The notes under the pieces are model-generated. The model ran no database searches. It saw nothing but the letters and a program-made list of their open reading frames with translations, and was not told the DNA's origin. 64,000 nt of DNA from an uncultured Eggerthella sp. GTDB taxonomy: Bacteria > Actinomycetota > Coriobacteriia > Coriobacteriales > Eggerthellaceae. Location of the stretch: NCBI GenBank assembly GCA_902464295.1, contig CABQIW010000002.1, forward strand, positions 17,237 through 81,236, in the 5' to 3' direction. Below, in pieces: positions 9,667 to 18,486 of this stretch (the stretch's first letter is position 1; each line of letters starts with the position of its first letter). The position numbers and the translations under genes are program-made.

Positions 9667-9746
9667 ATGCCACCTTTTTCTTAGTAAGCTAGAGAAATAG
9701 TAACAAAGACTGCGCCATGATGACCAGGGAAGAAAGGCGTTTGGGC

Positions 9747-10520
9747 ATGATAATCAAGAAATCGCCGCGCGATATCGATGCTATGGCGAAAGCAGGGGAG
9801 CTCTCTGCGCGCGCGCTTCGCGTGGTTGGTGCTGCGGTGAAGCCGGGCGTGACCACGCTTGAGCTCGATCGTATCGCCGAAGAGACCATCCGTCAGGGCG
9901 GTGGCATTCCGGCGTTCAAAGGCTATGGTGGATTCCCAGGCTCTATCTGCGCGTCGATCAACGAGCAGATCGTTCACGGCATTCCTTCCGATGCCATTGT
10001 GCTGCAAGAGGGCGATATCATCTCGATCGACACGGGTGCTACCGTGGGCGGCTGGGTTGGCGATAACGCCTGGACCTTCCCCGTGGGAAAGATCTCGCCG
10101 AAGAAGCAGCGCTTGCTCGAGGTGACCGAGGAGAGCATGTGGGCAGGTATCGACGCCGCACGTGCGGGGAACCATCTGGGCGATATCGGGCACGCGGTTC
10201 AGACGATCGCTGAGGATGCGGGGTATGGTGTCGTGCGCGAATATGTGGGGCATGGGATCGGCCGCGTTATGCATGAAGAGCCGAATGTGCCGAATTACGG
10301 GCGCAAGCATACGGGCCCGTTGCTCGAGGTGGGTATGGTGCTGGCGATCGAGCCGATGATCAACATGGGCACGCGTAAGACCAAGCAGCTATCCGATGGT
10401 TGGGGCGTGATCACGCGCGACGGGAAGCCAAGTGCGCATTTCGAGAAGACGGTAGCTATCACGGAAGAAGGGCCGCGGCTGCTCACGATCGAGCCGGATT
10501 TCAAGCGCCCGGTCGAATAG
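9747..10520 (+). CDS. map: Methionine aminopeptidase type I
   Basis: CASINEQIVHGIP, DIISIDTG, GHGIG..MHEEP, LAIEPMIN, SAHFE. Confidence 0.95.
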   Translation: MIIKKSPRDIDAMAKAGELSARALRVVGAAVKPGVTTLELDRIAEETIRQGGGIPAFKGYGGFPGSICASINEQIVHGIPSDAIVLQEGDIISIDTGATVGGWVGDNAWTFPVGKISPKKQRLLEVTEESMWAGIDAARAGNHLGDIGHAVQTIAEDAGYGVVREYVGHGIGRVMHEEPNVPNYGRKHTGPLLEVGMVLAIEPMINMGTRKTKQLSDGWGVITRDGKPSAHFEKTVAITEEGPRLLTIEPDFKRPVE

Positions 10521-10594
10521 CGTTCGTTTGAACGGTGACTACTCGTGTGTGTTGAGCGTTGCGCCCATGCCGAAGCGGTAGCTGCCAGCCGTGG

Positions 10595-11491
10595 CTACTC
10601 GTGCGCGCGAGGGTGCGCGGCGAGATATTCTTCCTTCAGATGCGACATTTGCACATGGGTATAGATCTGCGTTGTGGCGATGTCGGCATGTCCGAGCATG
10701 TCTTGGATCGAACGCAGATCGGCGCCTCCCTCGAGCAGGTGGGTTGCGAACGAATGGCGTAGCGTATGAGGGTGAAGGTTCTTCACGCCGATGCTCATAC
10801 CAGCGCGCGCTACGATCGCATGAACGCTTTGCCGAGACAGGCGGCCTCCGCGGGCGTTCAGGAACACTGCCGCGGTGGCAGGGGCTTTGGCGCTTTCAAG
10901 TTCGGGGCGCACCTCGTTCACGTATTCGATCAGCCGTTCGAAGGCGAGGCCTGAAATGGGTACGATACGCTCCTTGCTGCCCTTGCCGAACACCCGCAAA
11001 AAGCCTTCTTCGGAAAGGATGTTCGCCCGGTCGAGGTTCACCAGCTCGCTCACGCGCAAGCCGCATCCGTAGAGCACTTCGAGGATGGTCGCATCGCGTT
11101 TGCCCGTTGCTGTTGAAGTGTCAACGTTGTTGAGCAGATCGTTCACCTGATCGATCGAAAGCACATCGGGAAGGCGGCCGGGCTTCTTGGGAAGAGGGAT
11201 CGCTTGAGCTGGATCGGCATCCACGTACCCTTCGCGCAAGGCGAAACGATGCAATCCCTTTATCGCTGAAAGCCTTCGCTCGAGAGTCGAGATGGCAAAC
11301 CCCTGATCAAGCTGGCTCTTTTGGAACGCAAGGATATCATCGCGCTCTATATGGGCAAGATCGGTCTTGCCGCGCTCTTCAAGGAACGCGCGGTAGGTTG
11401 CAAGATCCTTGGCGTAGGCATCGATCGTGAGCGGAGAAGAGCCGCGTTCGATGGCAAGATAGGCAAAGTATTCTTCGATGATCTGTTCCAT
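10595..11491 (-). CDS. xerD: Site-specific tyrosine recombinase XerD
   Basis: LYGCGLRVSEL, GKGSKERIVP, HPHTLRHSFATHLLEGGADLR..Q.MLGH..I.TTQIY. Confidence 0.9.
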   Translation of the reverse strand: MEQIIEEYFAYLAIERGSSPLTIDAYAKDLATYRAFLEERGKTDLAHIERDDILAFQKSQLDQGFAISTLERRLSAIKGLHRFALREGYVDADPAQAIPLPKKPGRLPDVLSIDQVNDLLNNVDTSTATGKRDATILEVLYGCGLRVSELVNLDRANILSEEGFLRVFGKGSKERIVPISGLAFERLIEYVNEVRPELESAKAPATAAVFLNARGGRLSRQSVHAIVARAGMSIGVKNLHPHTLRHSFATHLLEGGADLRSIQDMLGHADIATTQIYTHVQMSHLKEEYLAAHPRAHE

Positions 11492-11524
11492 GGCTTCATT
11501 GTAAACGCCTTGGGGCAACCTGTC

Positions 11525-12283
11525 TTATTTGGTAGTTTTTGTTGTCGTTTGGTTCGGGTTGTTCAGGTAGTTCCCGGGAAAATCTTCAGCTGGTGCTCCG
11601 CAAGCTTGTACGCATCGCCATGCAAGCACATCGAGCGCATCGATTATGGGAAGCGATCCATAGTAGTATCCAAGACCTATCAGCGATAGTTCGGTGCAGC
11701 CGAGAATGATGCTATCGGCACCCGATGCGATGATCTTCGCGCATGCCGTTCGAAGCATCTTGGCGGGCATGGTCTTCCCTGCTTTTAAATAGGCGTAGAT
11801 CATATCCATTATGAGGACTTGCAGCTCTGCCGAGGGCAGGATGCAATCGATTCCTTCGTCTGCGCAGAGAGATTGGAAGATGTTGCTTTCGATCGTGCCA
11901 GTGGTAGCGAGGATGATCGGGCGCTGGCAGCCAAGAGATGCTACGAACTGGATCGTTTCTTTCGGCATATGAAGGAATTGGGCGTGCGGGGCTGCTGAAG
12001 CGATCTCGCTATAACCTGCATGGGCGGTATTGCACGACATGGCGAGCACTTCGCATCCGAGCATCTCGAGCAGCTGTGCTTTTTCTCGCAGGATGGGAAC
12101 GAAGTCGCGCGCGTCGGTCGAACCGCTCAAATATGATGTGCGATCAGGCACTGAAGGATCGGAAAGAAGGATCGTATCGATGTGCTCCTGGTCGGTGTGC
12201 GCGGCGGTCATCTCGGTAACGCGCGTGAACAAGCGTGCGCCCGCAGCTGGCCCCATTCCTCCTATGATTCCCAGGCGTTTCAT
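11525..12283 (-). CDS. Aspartate/glutamate racemase (RacD-like)
   Basis: GIIGGMGP, VPDRT, two catalytic cysteines in CNTAH and LGCTEL. Confidence 0.9.
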   Translation of the reverse strand: MKRLGIIGGMGPAAGARLFTRVTEMTAAHTDQEHIDTILLSDPSVPDRTSYLSGSTDARDFVPILREKAQLLEMLGCEVLAMSCNTAHAGYSEIASAAPHAQFLHMPKETIQFVASLGCQRPIILATTGTIESNIFQSLCADEGIDCILPSAELQVLIMDMIYAYLKAGKTMPAKMLRTACAKIIASGADSIILGCTELSLIGLGYYYGSLPIIDALDVLAWRCVQACGAPAEDFPGNYLNNPNQTTTKTTK

Positions 12284-12286
12284 TTC

Positions 12287-13378
12287 CTACGTACGATCGT
12301 TTTGGTAGATGTGCAGAACGCGCGGATTTACCATGAGAGGATTGATATCTGCGGTCGCTCTATCGCCGATATGTGCTGGTTGATCGGTGACATCGACCAT
12401 GCAAAGCGACATGTCGACAACGCCAAGAATAGGATAGTCGACCCCTTCGATAGCAACGGTTGCGTGCTTGCGGAGCGCGCATTGCTTCGCAGTGGAGAGC
12501 ACCTGGTGAAAACGGGGCTGGGGGATAACTTGCAGTCCGAATCCGTCTTGTGTTCCGATCGGTACTATAGCAGCAAGGGTGTCGCGCTTGGTGCGATAGG
12601 TTCCATGGTAGCCAAGCGCGCTGCCTTTGGGAAAATGTTTGAGGTCGATCACGGCGCTCTCAAGAACTCCGACCCGCTGCAGCCTATTCTCTTCGCGAGT
12701 GATGATGCGTCCGGTGAAGCCTGATCCGATGCGCACCGCATCAAGTGCTGAATTCGGCACATTGAACAGCCCTGCCGAATTAGCCATATGACGGATACCA
12801 GTATCGAAGCCTCTATCTTGAAGCGAAATCACGCACTGTTTGAAAGAGGCAAGCTCTTGTGCGCAGGTTTCTGGGTGGTTCAGGTCTGAAGCATCTGAAA
12901 AATGGCTGTAGATGCCTTCGATGTGAAACCCATCAAGCGAAAAGCAAGAGGCGATGCTTTTGATCTTTTGCGGTGCGAACCCGTATCGTCCTAATCCTGT
13001 ATCGACCTTGAGATGCGCTCGCGCCTGAATTCCGAGCCGGCTGGCTGCGAGATCCAAGGCGTGTGCTGCCGCACTTGATCCAATGGTCGCGATGCAATTG
13101 TTCTCTATGATGACCTTGAGCTCTTCGTAGAGGGCGGTCGATCGAAGCATCAGGATGTCTGCATCGTTGCCGACCGTCTCACGTAATGGTGATATGTCGG
13201 CCAGTTCGGTTATCGCAAACTGCGTTATGCCAGCATCCCGCGTGGTTTTCGCAAGCCATTCAAGCCCCAATCCGTAACCGTTATTCTTCACGACTGCAAT
13301 AAGGGGTACGCAAGCTTTGCGCTGCAGTGTTTGGATGTTTTGTTCGACCTTGTGTGAATCGATGGAATAGATGGTCAT
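12287..13378 (-). CDS. alr: Alanine racemase family PLP enzyme
   Basis: AVVKNNGYGLG PLP-lysine motif, HLKVDTGLGRYG, GIYSHF, HMANSA, VRIG, GYHGTY. Confidence 0.85.
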   Translation of the reverse strand: MTIYSIDSHKVEQNIQTLQRKACVPLIAVVKNNGYGLGLEWLAKTTRDAGITQFAITELADISPLRETVGNDADILMLRSTALYEELKVIIENNCIATIGSSAAAHALDLAASRLGIQARAHLKVDTGLGRYGFAPQKIKSIASCFSLDGFHIEGIYSHFSDASDLNHPETCAQELASFKQCVISLQDRGFDTGIRHMANSAGLFNVPNSALDAVRIGSGFTGRIITREENRLQRVGVLESAVIDLKHFPKGSALGYHGTYRTKRDTLAAIVPIGTQDGFGLQVIPQPRFHQVLSTAKQCALRKHATVAIEGVDYPILGVVDMSLCMVDVTDQPAHIGDRATADINPLMVNPRVLHIYQNDRT

Positions 13379-13417
13379 ATGCTGTCTCGTTTTTCGTTGG
13401 CGGATAGAAAGGAAGCG

Positions 13418-14719
13418 CTACTTATATTGATGTCCGTCGGTGTCCCAAAAATAACGTTTGAACTTACGGATCTGGTTGTAGTACATCGTCATGGCCCAGA
13501 AGTTGTGAAGCAGGCTGTCTTTGGTATAGAAAAGCGGGTAGGGCGACCTTGTCTTTTTCAGCGTTGCGAGCACTCTTTGTAGCAACTCCTTATCAAAGAT
13601 CGAGCGTTTGAGCACATAGGGCGGAACGCAGTTGTATACGAAGGGTCGATAGGCTTCTCGATAAGGAAGCTGCTTGCCGAGAACATACTGGTCGACAACG
13701 AGCGAAACGAAATCGATGCCACCTAAACTGGTGAAATACGTGCTTCTTCCTGCACGTACATTGATCTCGAAGAAATTGTATTCGCCGGTGCGTGCATCGT
13801 ATTTGATGTCGAAGTTCCCATATCCTTGATACTTCGTTCTCTTCAGGAATTTGCGGGCGTATTCGATGATGGCGGGCTCACGTTCGCCCAAAATGCAGAG
13901 TGGGTTACCAAGCGCGGTGGGGCTGTGGTCTTGAAGAGCGGTGATGCCGCCCGAAACAGCAACCAGGCTTCCTTCTGCATCGCTGAAGGTGTTGAGAATG
14001 CGCAGCGCTTCGTCGCCACCGGGGATGAAGTCCTGGATCAAGAAATCGCCATCGTAGTCGGAAGTGCGCACGTCCTGCCACACCTGTGCAAGCTCTGCGG
14101 GTGTTTCGATCTCGTAAGCTTTTCGTTTGTGGGCAACATCTGCATTTTGGAACTTCGTGGTGTCGGAGGGCTTCGCTACACAGGGGTAAGGGAAAGTATC
14201 GAGCGAAAGTGTTGCAGGGCCTTCGCTGCCTGCGCTGAAATACCAGGTTTTAGGGTGCGGGATGGAAAGCTCGTCGCACAGCTCATAGAAACCGCGTTTT
14301 TGAGAGATGGTTTCCAAGAGCGCAAGATCGTTGCAGGGAACGAGGTATCCTGCTTCTTCAAGACGCTCCTTCCCAGCCGAGAACATGAGCGCGTGGCGAT
14401 CGTCGCAGCCGAGGAGCAAAGGAATAAGGGAGGGGTCTTCCTCATGTAGCTCGCAGGCGATCTTCTCGAGCGCACGATAGAGCCCTTCAGGATGGGCCGC
14501 ATCTTCGACGATGTGGCATTCGGCGAAGCGGCTGGTCGTGAGCATTTTGACATCCTGCGTGAGTACAACGATGCAGCGTGTCGTGCCATATTTGGCATGG
14601 AACTCGCGAATGTAGGCATACGCGAGAAACGTGCCGCCGATAATGACGGGCACGATCTTCCTGCCAACTTCCTGCTCCTTGATAAGGGGAAGCGTGCGTT
14701 TTCTTTGTTGTCCAGGCAT
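13418..14719 (-). CDS. ATP-grasp carboxylate-amine ligase (D-aspartate ligase Aslfm/AslA-like)
   Basis: IIGG...AY..IREFH..YG, KP, LIQDFIPGGD, DHSPTALGNP, GYGNFDIKYD.R.GEY.FFEINVRAGRS. Confidence 0.85.
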   Translation of the reverse strand: MPGQQRKRTLPLIKEQEVGRKIVPVIIGGTFLAYAYIREFHAKYGTTRCIVVLTQDVKMLTTSRFAECHIVEDAAHPEGLYRALEKIACELHEEDPSLIPLLLGCDDRHALMFSAGKERLEEAGYLVPCNDLALLETISQKRGFYELCDELSIPHPKTWYFSAGSEGPATLSLDTFPYPCVAKPSDTTKFQNADVAHKRKAYEIETPAELAQVWQDVRTSDYDGDFLIQDFIPGGDEALRILNTFSDAEGSLVAVSGGITALQDHSPTALGNPLCILGEREPAIIEYARKFLKRTKYQGYGNFDIKYDARTGEYNFFEINVRAGRSTYFTSLGGIDFVSLVVDQYVLGKQLPYREAYRPFVYNCVPPYVLKRSIFDKELLQRVLATLKKTRSPYPLFYTKDSLLHNFWAMTMYYNQIRKFKRYFWDTDGHQYK

Positions 14720-14803
14720 GTTCTGCTCCGTTCTTGCTCTTTACTAGAATCAATGAGTGGTTTTGTGCCTCGAGCCCTGTATTCCGCGCTGTGAGTTGTG
14801 CGA

Positions 14804-16777
14804 TCAGTGAGCTGCTTCTGTTTCATAAGGCGACGTGCGCTCGACGAAATACATGCGATACCACATCAAGAACATCCATACGATGAAGATCTTTCGACTC
14901 CGATCAGCTCCGGCAAGATGCTCGTTCAGCAATCGGTCAAGCTCGTCTTTGTTGAAGAACAGCTGCGCTTCGGGACCCTCGAACCACGTTTTCACGCGCC
15001 GGGCATTAGCGGGTTCACGCAGCCAAGCGGCAACGGGGACGGGAAATCCTAACTTTTCCTTTTGCGCCCAATCTATGGGGATGGCGGTCAAAGAGGCTTT
15101 TCTCAAGGCAACCTTGGTCTGTTCAGGAGTTACTCGCATGGCAAGCGGCAGCACGGATGCCGCTGCGAATACTTCCTTATCGAGGAAGGGGACGCGGCTT
15201 TCAAGAGAGTGAGCCATCGCCATCTTGTCGGTTTTGAGCAGGATATCTCCCACGAGCCAGTTGCGAATGTCCACGTATTGCATCTGGGTCGGCTCGTTGA
15301 AGTCATGATCTTGGGCTTCTTGGTAATCGGGGGAGACGACCTCCAGCGGATCGGGCGCCTTCACGGGATTCTTGAGGATTCGCTCGCGTTCTTCCACTGT
15401 GAAGGAAACGCCATTGGCGTTGGTGTAATACCACTCCGCTACAGTTTCGCTCGCACGCTCTAGGAAGTTCGCGCCGCGTATGCCGAGCTTTCGCAAGAGC
15501 GCTGCGCTTGCGCGAAGAAGCGGTTTGGGAAGCTTGCCCAATCGATCGGTCGCCATAGGCGCCTGATAGATCTTGTATCCGCCGAAGAGCTCATCAGCTC
15601 CTTCTCCCGAGAGCACGGCCTTCACTTTTTCGGAAGCGATCTGGTCGACGAAGAAGAGCGCAACTGCTGAAGGGTCTCCCGAAGGCTCATCCATGTGCCA
15701 TTGCACATAGGGCAAGGCTTTCCAGTATTCATCTTGGGTGATGTGCTTGTTCGTGTTGGAGACGTTCAGTTTTTCTGCAAGCTCGGCTGCCCACGAGATC
15801 TCATCTCGCTCACCTTCGTATTCGCTGAAGCCAACGGTGAAGGTTTGGACCAGGGGATTTTCTTGTGCGAGCAGTGCCGCCATATAGCTTGAGTCGATAC
15901 CGCTCGACATAAAACTGCCCACTTCAACATCAGCCACGTTGTGGTAGTGAACGCTCTCGCGCATCGCTTCTCCTACGCGCTCGGCTGCTTCGTGGAGCGT
16001 GCAGCCCTCGCTAGCTTCGTTGAAGAGGGGAGACCAATACTGCTTCATTTCTATATGGCCATCCGGGTGCACGATCATGGAATGCGCGGGCGGCAGCTTG
16101 TAAATTCCTTTGAAAAAGGTTTCAGGAAGCGCACTGAACTGAAAGCTGAGATATTGCTCGAGAGCCTCGCGATTGATCTCGCGTTCGTAGGCTGGATGCT
16201 CGAGGATGCTCTTTATCTCTGATGCGAAGATGAACTGTTCTTGCGAAACGGTGTAGTAGAAGGGTTTGATGCCGAAGAAATCGCGTGCACAGAACAAGAT
16301 CTGCTTCTGCTCGTCCCAGATTGCGAAGGCGAACATGCCACGAATGCGGTCCAGTATTTTTTCTCCCCAGGCAATATAGCCCGTGAGCAGAACTTCGGTA
16401 TCTGATGTGGTCTTGAGTGCCCAGCCTTCTGCTTTAAGCACAGCAGCAAGATCGCGGTAGTTATAGATCTCACCATTGAACACGATCGCATACTCGCCAT
16501 TTTGAGACATTGCGGGGATATCGTCTGGCTTTTTGTTGGTGCCGAGTGCCTGGCCAGCGCTGATGAGTTCAGATACATGATGATTCGACGTGCGCACCAT
16601 CGGTTGATAGCCGCCTTCAAGATCGATCAAAGAAAGGCGACGGTGGCCGAGAGCAACGCCGTTTGCAAGATAAGCTCCTTCGCCGTCTGGTCCGCGGTGC
16701 GCCATGATGTCGCACATGTTCTTCAGGACCTGAGCGTCCTCGGGTTGAGCATGGGTGAAGCCGCAAATTCCGCACAT
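14804..16777 (-). CDS. asnB: Asparagine synthase (glutamine-hydrolysing), AsnB/AsnH-like
   Basis: MCGI N-terminal Ntn cysteine, HRGPD, GHRRLSLID, FNGEIYN, SSGIDSS, LSGEGADELFGGY, SLESRVPFLD. Confidence 0.95.
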   Translation of the reverse strand: MCGICGFTHAQPEDAQVLKNMCDIMAHRGPDGEGAYLANGVALGHRRLSLIDLEGGYQPMVRTSNHHVSELISAGQALGTNKKPDDIPAMSQNGEYAIVFNGEIYNYRDLAAVLKAEGWALKTTSDTEVLLTGYIAWGEKILDRIRGMFAFAIWDEQKQILFCARDFFGIKPFYYTVSQEQFIFASEIKSILEHPAYEREINREALEQYLSFQFSALPETFFKGIYKLPPAHSMIVHPDGHIEMKQYWSPLFNEASEGCTLHEAAERVGEAMRESVHYHNVADVEVGSFMSSGIDSSYMAALLAQENPLVQTFTVGFSEYEGERDEISWAAELAEKLNVSNTNKHITQDEYWKALPYVQWHMDEPSGDPSAVALFFVDQIASEKVKAVLSGEGADELFGGYKIYQAPMATDRLGKLPKPLLRASAALLRKLGIRGANFLERASETVAEWYYTNANGVSFTVEERERILKNPVKAPDPLEVVSPDYQEAQDHDFNEPTQMQYVDIRNWLVGDILLKTDKMAMAHSLESRVPFLDKEVFAAASVLPLAMRVTPEQTKVALRKASLTAIPIDWAQKEKLGFPVPVAAWLREPANARRVKTWFEGPEAQLFFNKDELDRLLNEHLAGADRSRKIFIVWMFLMWYRMYFVERTSPYETEAAH

Positions 16778-16834
16778 GAGCTAACACCAGCCCATCTTTT
16801 TTCTGAGAATTCGAGCAATTGATGAGTGTGAAAT

Positions 16835-17049
16835 ACTGTTTGGCGCACTGTCCACAACAAGATCCTCCTTCGGGGTTGTTCCGGAGGGTGGATCCTCATA
16901 TCAAATTGTCTTATGGAAGGCCGTTTGAAGAAGGATGTCCACCCTATGTCGCCAAACAGTCCTAACCACGCAAACACGCGTCGCAGGGGGCGGACACCCT
17001 TCTGCAAACCCGTGTTTGCGGGTACGTGGTTTTTATTAGACTGTTTGGC
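16835..17049. repeat. Three alternately oriented ACTGTTTGGC copies forming two overlapping long hairpins
   Basis: ACTGTTTGGCG 16835-16845, CGCCAAACAGTC 16950-16961, GACTGTTTGGC 17039-17049; inner stems AGGGTGGA/TCCACCCT and CGCAAACACG/CGTGTTTGCG. Confidence 0.75.
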
Positions 17050-17342
17050 ACGAAAAAGGATAACACACTAATGTGTGGGTTTTCTAACAGTGCCAATAGG
17101 TGTCCTGGCATTATGCGGAATAGAAAGAGGATTTGAGCCATAAGAGCTGCATTTTTTGTACATGACGAAATCCTTTCTTCTCTGTTGGATGGGTCGATCA
17201 TGGTGGATTTGACTTGGCGTTATCCTATGATTCGAGAAGGGTTCCTGTCCCATAACAAGGCATGAACTTATTCTTAAGGTTTTCTTACTAAGCCTTTGAA
17301 CTGGACTTATGCGTACTGGAGCGCGATAGGCATGCGCGCATG

Positions 17343-17372
17343 AAAAAAGCACCGAACATGATCGGCGCTTTT
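17343..17372. terminator. Bidirectional intrinsic terminator-like hairpin
   Basis: AAAAAAGCACCGA-acatga-TCGGCGCTTTT, flanked by A and T runs. Confidence 0.5.
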
Positions 17373-17579
17373 ATGCGTTGGCAACGTGGCATCGGGTCTG
17401 CGTTTTAACAGCGAACAACGGTTTTGTAAAATCCTGGATTTAATCCCATATTTTCACACCCTCGCATTGGTATTGAGGACTTTTTTTACTGTTGTTTACT
17501 GTTCGTGCCAAGTTGCGGAGCAGCGGTAACATATGGGATGGTTGCAACACCCTTATTTAGTAGAGAGATCGTATTTTGC

Positions 17580-18374
17580 TCAGGTATTCTTGTATGGCTC
17601 CATCCAGGCCTTGATGATCTCGAGTGCGAGACGGTGCATCTCGTCCAATCCGCCTTCAAGTAAGCCTGCATCGAGATAAGTCTGTATGCAGTTCTGGTGG
17701 TCAGCTGCTTGACTATCGCTTGGATCGCTGGCGTAGTTTCCTAAAAGGGTCTTCGCTATTGATCGTTCGTTCTCAATCGGAACCGCTCCTTGTTCGCATA
17801 CAATCTGTTTCATCTTACGTGTGCGCAGCCGATTGGCAACCGCGAACCCGTCTAGCTGATCTGCGGTATAGCGATTAAGCCAGCTGGTAGGGTCTTTGCA
17901 TTGTTCGTGCAGGCTTTCGAGTTCCTCTTCTGGACTTGTAGTGTTGAAAAGATACACAGCAAGCACCTCTGGATGCACGGGATGGATGGCACCGTTACGT
18001 GGGCGTACCGGATGTGCGAAGTGCTTGATCGCATCAGCCCAGATACATCCTTCAACTATGATGCTCTTGTAATCAGAAAGCATTTGTTCGGCATATACCG
18101 AACAAGCACGAGCGACCTTTGAATCCCTGTCTCGACAAGCTTGCACAAAACCACTGGCATCAGTTGCCCAGGTGTCGGGATCGATCGGAAGAAAGCTCAT
18201 TCCAGCGGATGCAAGGACGCGTCGAATCGCATCGCCTGAGACTGCATCGATTCCGTAAGTTAGCATGATCTCATGAGCCAGCGTGCTTTTCCCGCAGCGG
18301 GGTGGACCACCTATGATCAATAGTTTCGGATGAGATGGTAACTTGTTTAGGTGCAGGATCCTATCCCAGTCCAT
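17580..18374 (-). CDS. P-loop kinase-like protein (2-phosphoglycerate kinase/AAA_33-like)
   Basis: LLIIGGPPRCGKSTLA Walker A, GDAIRR, SIIVEG; AAGGAAG RBS before ATG 18374. Confidence 0.75.
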   Translation of the reverse strand: MDWDRILHLNKLPSHPKLLIIGGPPRCGKSTLAHEIMLTYGIDAVSGDAIRRVLASAGMSFLPIDPDTWATDASGFVQACRDRDSKVARACSVYAEQMLSDYKSIIVEGCIWADAIKHFAHPVRPRNGAIHPVHPEVLAVYLFNTTSPEEELESLHEQCKDPTSWLNRYTADQLDGFAVANRLRTRKMKQIVCEQGAVPIENERSIAKTLLGNYASDPSDSQAADHQNCIQTYLDAGLLEGGLDEMHRLALEIIKAWMEPYKNT

Positions 18375-18486
18375 GGTCTCTTCCTTATGGTTGGTTTCTT
18401 TGTGGTCATCTTGGTTTGATCTCAATTATTATAAGAGAGAAACGAAGAAAACGAACTCGAGCTTGTGAAGAGACAGCGGGGCGACC

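Noticed and set aside
8560..9684. 374-aa plus-strand ORF
   Set aside because: Antisense shadow of the CapA gene with no motifs; long shadow ORFs are expected at this GC content
10595..11491. Tyrosine recombinase as integrase of the adjacent island
   Set aside because: Sequence and position near pyrG match housekeeping XerD; no att-like repeats were seen
17091..17103. 13-mer TGCCAATAGGTGT repeated at 59511-59523
   Set aside because: A 13-bp match is expected by chance within 64 kb, and the contexts are unrelated
17068..17352. 94-aa minus-strand ORF in the island gap
   Set aside because: No RBS, atypical composition, and its start overlaps a terminator-like hairpin
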